Source of the DNA: Candidatus Eiseniibacteriota bacterium
Lineage (GTDB): Bacteria; Eisenbacteria; RBG-16-71-46; CAIMUX01; VGJL01
Length of the DNA stretch: 64,000 bases
Reading direction: 5' to 3'
Assembly (NCBI GenBank): GCA_963792585.1
Contig: CAWBWI010000003.1
Span: forward strand, 160,001 to 224,000
In this document: in pieces, positions 10,407 to 19,322 of the stretch
Numbering within the stretch: position 1 is the stretch's first letter
Layout of the letters: each line of letters begins with the position of its first letter
Made by a program: the position numbers and the translations under genes
Notes under the pieces: model-generated
Seen by the model: only the letters and a program-made list of their open reading frames with translations
What the model was told of the DNA's origin: nothing
Database searches by the model: none

Positions 10407-11351
10407 ATGAGCGCCGAGATCGACGTCCGCCTGGATCTCTTCGCCGAGATCGACCGCCTCCGCAGGGAGAAGCGGGCCGTGATCCTCGCCCACTATTATC
10501 AGGACGGCGAGATCCAGGACATCGCTGACCATGTCGGCGACAGCCTCGCCCTCGCTCAGGCCGCCGCGAACACCGACGCAGACGTGATCGTCTTCGCCGG
10601 CGTGATGTTCATGGCCGAGACGGCCAAGATCCTGAACCCCAGCCGGCTCGTTGTCGTCCCCGACACGGCCGCGGGCTGTTCCCTCGCCGACGGATGTCCC
10701 GCGAACCTCTTCCGGGCCTTTCTCGACCGCTACCCGGACCACACGGTCATCAGCTACATCAACTGCACCGCGGAGGTGAAGGCGATGTCCGACCTGATCT
10801 GCACCTCGTCGAATGCGGAGAAGATCGTCCGGTCGGTGCCCGAGGGACGCGGGATCGTCTTTGCCCCCGATCAGCATCTCGGTCGCTACATCATCCGAAG
10901 GACGGGGCGCCCCATGGTCCTGTGGCCCGGCTCGTGCGAAGTCCACGAGATCTTCTCGGAGAAGAAGATCGTTCAGCTGAAACTTCGCCATCCCGGAGCG
11001 AAGATCGTCGCGCACCCGGAGTGCGAGGAATCGGTTCTCCAGCATGCCGACCACATCGGGTCGACATCGTCGATCCTGAAGTTCGTCCTCGAGGATCCGG
11101 GCAAGACCTTCATCATCGCGACCGAGCCCGGGATCATCCATCAGATGATCAAGCATTCCCCGGAGAAGGAGTTCATTCCCGCCCCGCCCGATTCGAACTG
11201 CGCCTGCAACGAGTGTCCATACATGAAGAAGAACACGATCGAGAAGCTCTACCTATGCCTGCGGGATGGCAAACCGGCCGTCACCGTTGACGAGGAGATC
11301 CGTAAGCGCGCGCTCGTCCCGATCCAGAGGATGCTCGAACTTTCGAAGTAG
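10407..11351 (+). CDS. nadA: Quinolinate synthase NadA
   Basis: [45 protein letters not shown] (three Fe-S Cys); AAGGAG RBS. Confidence 0.97.
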   Translation: MSAEIDVRLDLFAEIDRLRREKRAVILAHYYQDGEIQDIADHVGDSLALAQAAANTDADVIVFAGVMFMAETAKILNPSRLVVVPDTAAGCSLADGCPANLFRAFLDRYPDHTVISYINCTAEVKAMSDLICTSSNAEKIVRSVPEGRGIVFAPDQHLGRYIIRRTGRPMVLWPGSCEVHEIFSEKKIVQLKLRHPGAKIVAHPECEESVLQHADHIGSTSSILKFVLEDPGKTFIIATEPGIIHQMIKHSPEKEFIPAPPDSNCACNECPYMKKNTIEKLYLCLRDGKPAVTVDEEIRKRALVPIQRMLELSK

Positions 11352-11403
11352 ACTGTCCTGCTTCGATTCGACGTTCTCGGGAACATGCGCCATCCGCGCC
11401 GGC

Positions 11404-12444
11404 TCAGTGCAGGCACAGGAAGTCCCGATTTTCGATTAATCCCGACGACTCGAGTTCCGCGCGAATCAACTCCCTCGCCCCTACGACCCCCACGGCCACC
11501 AGGTAGAACGCATCACCGATGCCGCTCTTCGCGCCCTCGAAGGTGAGAACGGGGCGTCCCCTGCGCGTGCGATCGATCTTCAGCGGGTCGATGTCGACGA
11601 AGGCGACGACATCCCCGGCGGGCGCGCCACCGAGGCGGAGCTCTTCTTCCCATGCGCGCGCCAGACGCCGCCCGTCGCGCCCCGCGCCCCAGATCACAAT
11701 CGATCTGCCGGCGGCATGCACTGAAATCCACACACGCAGGTGGTGAAGCCGGCACCGGAGAAATGCAGCGGCGCTGTAGCGCGCGTCCCTCCGGGAAAGA
11801 CGTTCGGGATGATCGGTCCAAATGTACAAGCGGTCGGGTATGTTGTAGAGTCGTCCGCCGTCGAGGTGGATACGAAGCCACAGGTCATAATCTTCAGGCC
11901 AACCCATGTCGCGATAGCCGCCGACGTGATCGAGCGCCTCGGTTCGCATCACGACCGTCGGGTGAGCAAGAGGGCACTCGATCCAGATCTCCCGCGCGAC
12001 GCGGTCGGGATCGGTGCAACCGGCCAGCCAGTCGAGGTAGCGCCGCATTCCGGCGGTCACCTCCCCGGGCGTCTCGGTCCGGCAGCCGATGACGGCGGCG
12101 TTTTGATCGGCGTCCATCGCCGCGACCTGCCGCTCGAGCCGATCCGGAAGGCTCCGGTCGTCGGCGTCCTGACGCGCGAGGAGCGGGGCCCGCGCCTCGC
12201 GCCGGGCCGCTTCCAGAGCGAGGACGATTCCGCCGGGGGCGGGGGCGGAGAGGACCCGCACCCGAGAATCCGCCGCGGCCCAAGCTTGGAGCAGTTCGCG
12301 TGAATGGTCGGTTGAATGATCGTCCACGGCCAGGCACTCCCAGGCGGACAGAGTTTGCGCCCGGATCGACTCCATGCAGGCTGGAAGGGTCCGTTCCGCG
12401 TCACGAACCGGAAGGAGGATCGAGATTCTGGGTGGGGGTGCCAC
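11404..12444 (-). CDS. Glycosyltransferase family 2 with C-terminal Rossmann-like domain
   Basis: ISILLPVRD, VDDHSTD, ARQDADD, HPT, EDYDLWLR; C-terminal IVIWGAGRDG. Confidence 0.88.
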   Translation of the reverse strand: MAPPPRISILLPVRDAERTLPACMESIRAQTLSAWECLAVDDHSTDHSRELLQAWAAADSRVRVLSAPAPGGIVLALEAARREARAPLLARQDADDRSLPDRLERQVAAMDADQNAAVIGCRTETPGEVTAGMRRYLDWLAGCTDPDRVAREIWIECPLAHPTVVMRTEALDHVGGYRDMGWPEDYDLWLRIHLDGGRLYNIPDRLYIWTDHPERLSRRDARYSAAAFLRCRLHHLRVWISVHAAGRSIVIWGAGRDGRRLARAWEEELRLGGAPAGDVVAFVDIDPLKIDRTRRGRPVLTFEGAKSGIGDAFYLVAVGVVGARELIRAELESSGLIENRDFLCLH

Positions 12445-12461
12445 AGGGGAGATCGTACGGG

Positions 12462-12854
12462 TCAGGGGCCGTGTCTACCAAGCCGGTCCCGACCCAGCAG
12501 GGTCGTGACCTGATCCAGCAGGTCCTTCTGGCGAAAGGGCTTGGCCAGAAAGGCGTCGGCACCATTGTCCCGAGCCTCCTGCTCTTCTACCCCGAGGCCC
12601 CGTGCGGTCAAGATCATGAAGGGAATGCTCGACTTTCGATCGGCCCGCACTCGTTTGAGCAGGTCGATCCCACTGATGCCCGGCATCATCAGGTCGGAAA
12701 TGACGAGATCCGGCGGGTCATCGCGGGAAAGCTGTCGCCAGGCCTCCTCGCCGTCCTCGGCGCACTCCACTTGATGGCCTGCCTTCACCAGGATGTAGGT
12801 CAAAATGCGGCGCAGGAACGGCTCATCGTCCACGACCAGGATCCGAGACCCCAT
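12462..12854 (-). CDS. Single-domain response regulator (REC)
   Basis: ILVVDDE, DLVISDLMMPGISG, ILTA, FLAKPF. Confidence 0.93.
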   Translation of the reverse strand: MGSRILVVDDEPFLRRILTYILVKAGHQVECAEDGEEAWRQLSRDDPPDLVISDLMMPGISGIDLLKRVRADRKSSIPFMILTARGLGVEEQEARDNGADAFLAKPFRQKDLLDQVTTLLGRDRLGRHGP

Positions 12855-13173
12855 CCGCTCGCCCCCCCGACCTGACGGATTCGGACTGTCTACTCAAGAT
12901 TCTGAAACGACCCGCAGCGATACTCGCCGAAGTCGCCTTCCGCTCGCCAGTAAGATCTTATGCCCCCGCCCACGGGTCTCGATAAGCAAACCGCATCCTG
13001 AGTCGAGGTTAGGTCTTGTGCTGCAGGTCGCGTTTTCCCTACCCTTTGCGTGTATTTGCCCTTGGGGGCCCGCATGTGCGCAGCTGACCGGCTTGGGAGG
13101 GGGGACGACGGGAGGAGCCGGTAGGCGTCGGTCCCCGGCACCTGCCTGACGTCCCCGGGAGATGGAGAGGTTC

Positions 13174-14919
13174 ATGGAACCAGTCCGCGATTTCATCATC
13201 GGCCTCGGCGGCGAATCCGGGGAGGGGGTCGTCCTGGCGGGCGACATCCTCAACATCTGTGCGGCCCGGATGAACGTCCACAGCTCGAGCTTTCGAACCT
13301 TCCCGGCCGAGGCCCGCGGCGGCCCCTCCGTCGTCAAGATCCGGCTCGACAGGGACCACGTCTATAGCCTTGGCGACGAGTATGACATTTTGATCGCGTT
13401 CAACGAGGACGCTTACAAGCTCCACAGGCCGGACCTCGCCCCCCATGGCGTGCTGCTCATCGACGGCGACCCGGCCGACCCGATCTCGGAACGATTTCCG
13501 GAATTGAAGGGGCGGATCGTGTACCAGGTGCCGATGGACCGGATCGCCCGCAAGGAAATCGGAGATCCCAAGACCAAGAACATGGTCACGACAGGCGCCG
13601 CCGCCGCGCTATTCGGCTTCTCGCGCGCGCTCATCGAAAGCAATCTGCGGGATCGCTTCCTGAAGCGGGGCGAAAAGATGTACAACGACAACCTCGCGGG
13701 GTTCGTCGCCGGATACGACTATGTGACGACCCAGATCAAGAAGAGCGACCCCTATTGTATCGAGGCGGCCCCAGGGGACGGGTTCATGGTCCTCTCCGGA
13801 AACGAAGCGGTGGCGCTGGGCTCCCTCTACGCCGGATGCCGCTTCTTCGGCGGCTACCCGATCACCCCCGCCACGGAGGTCATGGAGATCCTCGCCGCGG
13901 AGCTTCCAAAGGTGGGCGGGGCGATGGTCCAACTCGAGGATGAGATTGCCTCGATCGGCGCCGTCCTTGGGGCTTCCTTCGCCGGCGTGCCTTCGATGAC
14001 CGCTACCTCGGGTCCCGGTCTTTCCCTGATGGCCGAGTTGATCGGGCTGGGCTCGATGGCCGAGCTTCCCTGCGTGATCGTCGACGTCCAGCGCGGCGGA
14101 CCGAGCACCGGTCTGCCGACGAAGACCGAGCAGGCCGATCTCTCCCTCGCCCTGGTCGCGTCCCATGGCGACGCGCCGCACGTCGTCCTGGCGCCGACAA
14201 CCATTCGCGACTGCTTCGAGATCATGCCTTACTCCTTCGAGATCGCGGAGCGGTATCAACTTCCGGTGATCGTTCTCTCCGAGCAGGCGCTCGGATTCCG
14301 CCGGGCCGATCTTCCAAAGACGTTGTTGACGGACCGAAACGTCCGCAAGACCGTCCAACCGACAGCCCGGTTGGAGGAGGACGGCCGGTACCTGCGCTAC
14401 AAGCTCACGCCCGACGGAGTCTCGCCTCGCGCGATCCCCGGCATGCCCGAACTCGCGCACGTGGTGACGGGGCTCGAGCACGGGGAAGATACGAAACCCG
14501 CCTACGATCCGACAACTCGGAACGCGCAGATGCAGAAGCGCCAGCGCAAGTTGGACGGCATCGTGCGCGACTACAAGAGCGTGTTGCGGTACGGCGACTC
14601 CGCGCCCGAGATCGGTGTGATCGGTTGGGGTTCGACCGCCGGCCCGATCCGCGAAGCTGTCGACTTGGCATGCAAGCAGGGCATCAAGACGGCCGGGCTC
14701 ATTCCACGCATGCTCTACCCGAGTCCGAACGACGATCTGCGCGACTTCGTGAGATCGTGCAAGAAGGTGATCGTCGTCGAGGGGAACATGACCGGGCAGT
14801 ATGCGAGCTTCCTGCGTTCGCAGCTCCCCGGGTTCGACCCGATCCAGTACAACCGCTATGACGGACTGCCCGTTCGACGGCTCGAGGTCCTACAGAAGAT
14901 CCAGGAGGTTGCGAGATGA
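13174..14919 (+). CDS. 2-oxoacid:ferredoxin (acceptor) oxidoreductase, alpha subunit
   Basis: GESGEGV gamma domain, YPITPATE, QLEDEIA, TATSGPG, QRGGPSTGLPTKTEQAD. Confidence 0.95.
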   Translation: MEPVRDFIIGLGGESGEGVVLAGDILNICAARMNVHSSSFRTFPAEARGGPSVVKIRLDRDHVYSLGDEYDILIAFNEDAYKLHRPDLAPHGVLLIDGDPADPISERFPELKGRIVYQVPMDRIARKEIGDPKTKNMVTTGAAAALFGFSRALIESNLRDRFLKRGEKMYNDNLAGFVAGYDYVTTQIKKSDPYCIEAAPGDGFMVLSGNEAVALGSLYAGCRFFGGYPITPATEVMEILAAELPKVGGAMVQLEDEIASIGAVLGASFAGVPSMTATSGPGLSLMAELIGLGSMAELPCVIVDVQRGGPSTGLPTKTEQADLSLALVASHGDAPHVVLAPTTIRDCFEIMPYSFEIAERYQLPVIVLSEQALGFRRADLPKTLLTDRNVRKTVQPTARLEEDGRYLRYKLTPDGVSPRAIPGMPELAHVVTGLEHGEDTKPAYDPTTRNAQMQKRQRKLDGIVRDYKSVLRYGDSAPEIGVIGWGSTAGPIREAVDLACKQGIKTAGLIPRMLYPSPNDDLRDFVRSCKKVIVVEGNMTGQYASFLRSQLPGFDPIQYNRYDGLPVRRLEVLQKIQEVAR

Positions 14920-15783
14920 ACCCGCCTGATGCCGCGGTGGTCCGCAAATCGGCAGACTACAAGAGCACCCGCAAACCGGTCTGGTGTCCGGGCTGCGGCG
15001 ACTACGGAGTGCTGAACTCGATCTTCGGAGCGCTCGCACAGATCCAGCTCGTGCCGGAGAAGGTCGCCGTCGTCTCGGGCATCGGCTGTTCGAGCCGGAT
15101 GCCCGGCTTCATCAAGGCCTACGGGTTCCACGGAGCTCACGGTCGCGCTCTCCCGGTCGCGGTGGGTGTGAAGGTCGCCAATCCTGATCTCGACGTACTG
15201 GTCGTCGGCGGCGACGGCGATGCCTTCTCGATCGGCGGCGGCCACATTGCGCACGTCGCCCGCCGGAACATCGACATGACCTACATCGTGATGGACAACG
15301 AGATCTACGGCCTCACCAAGGGGCAGACGTCGCCCACCTCCAACAAAGGCACGCACACGAAGGCGAGTCCGTACGGGAGCGTCGAGCGGCCCGTCGATCC
15401 GATCAGCCTGCTGCTCGCCTATGGAGCGACCTACGTCGCGCGAGGATTCTCCTCCAAGCCGAAGGAGCTCACGGCGATGGTCGAGGCGGGAATGAGGCAC
15501 CAGGGATTCTCGTTCATCCAGGTACTGAGTCCCTGTGTCACATTCAACAAGACGATCGGCTACGACTACTTCGATTCGCGGGTGGCACCCGCTGCCCGCC
15601 GATCACAAGACCGACGACCTGTTCGGCGCGATGCGCTACGCAGGCGAGCCGGATAAGTACTATCTGGGCGTCTTCTACGACGTCGAGCGCCCATCGTATA
15701 CGCACCAATTGTTCGAAGGCGGCCGACGCCCCAGCCCGGAGCCGCCGATCGACAACGAGAGGATCCTGAAGAGGTTCTCGTAG
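14916..15783 (+). CDS. 2-oxoacid:ferredoxin oxidoreductase, beta subunit (TPP-binding), frameshifted near 15590
   Basis: WCPGCGD, SGIGCS, HGRALP, GGDGD...DNEIYGLTKGQ, SPCVTF. Removing one C from GCACCCGCTG continues LPADHKTDD...YLGVFYDVERPSY...KRFS*. Confidence 0.9.
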
Positions 15784-15872
15784 GCGATTCGCTCCGGGGG
15801 GCGCGGGCGGTCGATGCATTCGACCGCCCGCACTCCCGGTACGGAGTTCGCGCGGGATACAGAGGCTGCGAG

Positions 15873-16379
15873 ATGAACCTTGCCCGTCTCCTCAGGCCCG
15901 AGCTGATCAAGCTCGAGATGGAGACGACAACTCCGCCGCAAACGGAGCCACCCCTTTCGCCGGAACGTTACGTTTGGCAGATCAAGGAGGCGGTCCTCGG
16001 GGAACTCTCGCGCCTGGTGGCCGACGGAGGACGCGTCGGCAGCCAGGGAAAGCTCTTCACCGACCTCGTCAACAGGGAGAAGAAGGCCAGCACCGGCCTG
16101 GTCCGTGGGATCGCAATCCCGCACGTGCGAACGATACATGCCCGGGAGCTGCTCTTCGCTTTCGCCCGTTCGACGCCCGGCCTCGAGTTCGATTCGCTCG
16201 ACGGAGAGCCGGCGCACCTCTTCTTCGTAATCGTCGCCCCGCCCTACGACGACCACCAGTACCTCAGGATCTACAAACAGATGGCGACGGCTTTCCATGC
16301 GACCGAAGTCCGCGAGGAATTCCTCCGGGCGACCGACGCAGGCGAAGTGATTCGCGCCATGCGCTTGATGGGCGACTAA
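15873..16379 (+). CDS. Stand-alone PTS EIIA (fructose/mannitol/Ntr type) domain protein
   Basis: REKKASTGLVRGIAIPHVR (phospho-His motif), FDSLDGEPAHLFF. Confidence 0.88.
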   Translation: MNLARLLRPELIKLEMETTTPPQTEPPLSPERYVWQIKEAVLGELSRLVADGGRVGSQGKLFTDLVNREKKASTGLVRGIAIPHVRTIHARELLFAFARSTPGLEFDSLDGEPAHLFFVIVAPPYDDHQYLRIYKQMATAFHATEVREEFLRATDAGEVIRAMRLMGD

Positions 16380-16610
16380 TCGGTTGTATCAGGCGGTCCG
16401 GCCCGGCGACTGCGTGGAGTTACGCCGATCGGGATGAAACTTGGTCCATTCTGGTGGCTTGCATCCCGTCCAGAGGACGGATCAGTTTGGTCGGCGTACC
16501 GATTCACGATTGTCCCCCGAGGGACTGCTTCTCGGCCCCGGTCCAAGCACCTACAAGGCAGGCATCGCGGCGCCGGTCGCTTCCCTCGGGGACAAGATTC
16601 TCAATGGAGA

Positions 16611-18074
16611 TCAGAACTCGAGCCCGGAAAGATCCTGGCGGATCCTGGAGCGAGTCTCCCCGTCGATCCGGCCCGTCGCTTCGAGGCGGTCGAGTTCGTC
16701 CGTCCAGCTACGGTGCATGGCCGTGCCGGCGGACCACTCCCGTAGATCATGGTCGGTAGCCCCACGGGCGATGATCGCCGCCAGCGAGGGGTCGCCGCGG
16801 ACGATCTGCGTCGCGACCAGCGGCGGTCCCAGCCCCGCCTCACGCACGGGCAATAGGCCCACCCACCCGGTGAGAACCCGCGCCAGCCGCGCCTCGGCGT
16901 CAAGAACGCTGCATCGGTAGAGAGACCGAAGGAAACTTCCGACACACTCGCGCAGGGTGAGTCCCGAGGTGACCCCGACCACCGAGATTCCCGCCTCTGC
17001 CAATTCGAGGGCCGCGGCCGCAACCGACGGCATTCTCACAGAGTCGATGACGATGATCTCGGGATTCCATTCCATAAGGCCGGCCGCCGCCTCGCCGTCG
17101 AGCGGGCTGCCTACGTGCCGGGAGAGACCCGGGACATCCTCCCAGGCGACCCGTGGCGACTCCTCCAGCCAGAGGATAGGACCACGCGTCTTCGCATTGC
17201 CAAGCCACCCGGCCAGCGCCGTCGAACGGTAGCCATGCGGAAGGCCCGTCCAGAGAATCAGCCCCCGTCCCTGTTCGAGCAAGATCGAGAGCGCGTTCGC
17301 ATCGAGCCCGAGTTCCTCCGAGGAGGGGAGCTCCGATGACAGGGACGAGAGAAGCACCTGCAAGCCGCCGCCGGGTCTGCGGCTGCGGAGATGGAACCAT
17401 CCCGCCGGCCGCTCGAACCTGTGGTTGCGCGCCTCGCCTGGCTCGGGTACCGGCAATCGGAGACGCGCCAGCACGTCCTCGGTCGACATCCGTACGTGAT
17501 AGGATCGGACCTCTTCGCGCGAACACAGGATCGAGGTACCGTCGCGCATGACCAACGTGCCCCTCACGAGCGCTAGATCACGGAGCATCTCGTCGAGCGG
17601 ATCGTGGAGCGCCGCGGCCTTCTGGCCCGCCGGCTCGATCGCCCGACGGAAGACCTCGGGCAGCTCGTCGGCGATCGACTGCTTCTCCCTGAAAGTCGAT
17701 TCCTGCGTTGGACCCTGGATCTCGTCCCCCGCCAGCGCTCTCGCCTCGTCGATCAACCGCGCCGCCTCGAGGAGGATCGCCTCGGTGGATGCTTCGATCC
17801 GTCGTTCCGCCCCGGTCGGGGTCGGATCGAACGTAAACGTCCCCGTCGGCCATTGCACCGCCCCGAGGAGAATGCGTTCTCCGCGTCGCAGGGCGTCGTC
17901 CATGATGTCGAGGATCGCCCCGTCCTCGAAGTAGATGCGAACGGCATTGTCGTGGTTGCGAACCGTGAGGGTTCCCGTTCTACGATTCAGCATCAGGAAC
18001 TGGCAGAGGTCGAAGAGGGGAATCGCCTCCAGCCGTCCCGCGAGAGCGGCTTCGGTGCGGACGGTCTCAGTCAT
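16611..18074 (-). CDS. DUF4388 (PATAN-like) domain fused to a degenerate PilT-like ATPase domain
   Basis: N-terminal LAGRLEAIPLFDLCQFLMLNRRTGTL...IYFEDGAI...WPTGTFTF...EAILLEAARLIDE. The C-terminal half is collinear with the adjacent PilT but has degenerate Walker motifs. Confidence 0.75.
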   Translation of the reverse strand: MTETVRTEAALAGRLEAIPLFDLCQFLMLNRRTGTLTVRNHDNAVRIYFEDGAILDIMDDALRRGERILLGAVQWPTGTFTFDPTPTGAERRIEASTEAILLEAARLIDEARALAGDEIQGPTQESTFREKQSIADELPEVFRRAIEPAGQKAAALHDPLDEMLRDLALVRGTLVMRDGTSILCSREEVRSYHVRMSTEDVLARLRLPVPEPGEARNHRFERPAGWFHLRSRRPGGGLQVLLSSLSSELPSSEELGLDANALSILLEQGRGLILWTGLPHGYRSTALAGWLGNAKTRGPILWLEESPRVAWEDVPGLSRHVGSPLDGEAAAGLMEWNPEIIVIDSVRMPSVAAAALELAEAGISVVGVTSGLTLRECVGSFLRSLYRCSVLDAEARLARVLTGWVGLLPVREAGLGPPLVATQIVRGDPSLAAIIARGATDHDLREWSAGTAMHRSWTDELDRLEATGRIDGETRSRIRQDLSGLEF

Positions 18075-18097
18075 CGCGCGCGCCCGTCTTCACGGTT

Positions 18098-19171
18098 TCA
18101 TGCCGCCAGTTTCGGCTTTTCGATGAGCGCAGCGAACGGCTCCTTCGCCGCCGCGTGGAGATATGCATCTTGCGCGGTGACCACGCCGTCCTTGACGAGC
18201 TGCATCAGGTGGACGTCGAGCAACTGCATTCCGTCCTTGCGCGCCGTTTGCATCAGGGACGGGATCTGAAACGTCTTCTTCTCCCGGATGACGGATGAGA
18301 TCGCCACGCTCGCGAGGAGGATCTCGATCGCCGCAATGCGCCCTTTGCCGTCCGCCCTGCGCAACAGCCTCTGGGCCACGACCCCCCGCAATCCGTCGGC
18401 GAGCATCACGCGGATCTGCGATTGCTTGTCCTCCGGAAACGCATCGATGATCCGGTCGATCGTCTGTGCCGCGCTCGCCGTGTGGAGCGTGCCGAAGACG
18501 AGTTGTCCCGTCTCGGCCGCTGTGATGGCGAGTTGCATCGTCTCCAGATCGCGCATCTCCCCGACGAGGATGATATCGGGATCCTCGCGTAGCGCGGCGC
18601 GTAGGGCCGATGCGAACGAGCCGGCGGTCCGTCCGATCTCGCGATGGTTGATCAGGCACTGGACGTTCCGGTGGACGAACTCCACCGGATCTTCGATCGT
18701 GATGATGTGCCGCCGTTGCGTCTGATTGATGTGGTGGACGAGCGCGGCGAGTGTCGTCGACTTGCCGCTCCCCGGCGGGCCGGTCACGACGACGAGCCCC
18801 TTGCGCAGGTCGGCGAACCGCTTGATCTGCTCGGGAAGGCCGAGTTCCTCGAGCGTGTAGATCTTGGTCGGGAGCAGACGAAATGACCCAGCAATGCCGT
18901 GAATCTGCTCGAAGATGTTGCAGCGCACGCGTATCTCCCCTGTGAGCTCATATGCGAAGTCGATGTCGAGGTCGCGTTCGAACGCGCGACGCTGATCCTC
19001 GTTCATCATCTCGAAGAGCAGGTGACGGGTCTGCGCGGGGGCCAACTCGGGGTAGTCGATCGGGAAGATATCCCCATCGACGCGCAGCATCGGCGGGGAC
19101 CCCGTCGAGATGTGGAGGTCCGATGCGCCTTTGGCGCTGACCAGCCGGAAGATCGCGTCGATTGCCGCCAA
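18098..19171 (-). CDS. pilT: Type IV pilus retraction ATPase PilT
   Basis: ASDLHI, TGPPGSGKSTT, TIEDPVE, ALREDPDIILVGEMRD, AAETG, GTLHT; TTG start at 19171 behind a GGAGG RBS. Confidence 0.93.
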   Translation of the reverse strand: MAAIDAIFRLVSAKGASDLHISTGSPPMLRVDGDIFPIDYPELAPAQTRHLLFEMMNEDQRRAFERDLDIDFAYELTGEIRVRCNIFEQIHGIAGSFRLLPTKIYTLEELGLPEQIKRFADLRKGLVVVTGPPGSGKSTTLAALVHHINQTQRRHIITIEDPVEFVHRNVQCLINHREIGRTAGSFASALRAALREDPDIILVGEMRDLETMQLAITAAETGQLVFGTLHTASAAQTIDRIIDAFPEDKQSQIRVMLADGLRGVVAQRLLRRADGKGRIAAIEILLASVAISSVIREKKTFQIPSLMQTARKDGMQLLDVHLMQLVKDGVVTAQDAYLHAAAKEPFAALIEKPKLAA

Positions 19172-19322
19172 GAACACCCCTCCCGGGATGCCCCTGGGGG
19201 ACACCCCGATCAAGTGATCGACCGTTTCTTACTGCTTCCTAAGGAGTTCCAGGGGTTGTTCTTGGACGCACCAAAGCCCGACCCCTCTACGGCGGCCGGG
19301 CTCTGGCGCGCTCTGGATGGGT

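Noticed and set aside
12855..13173. Riboswitch upstream of the oxidoreductase genes; also checked 36402-36873, 38751-39056 and 60320-60668
   Set aside because: No TPP, c-di-GMP, cobalamin or SAM consensus recognisable by eye; an Rfam scan would be needed to exclude one.
16510..16596. SRP (4.5S) RNA
   Set aside because: The long hairpin contains GAAGCAG on the minus strand but lacks the conserved CAGG-x-CC-GGAA-GG-AAGCAG domain IV arrangement.
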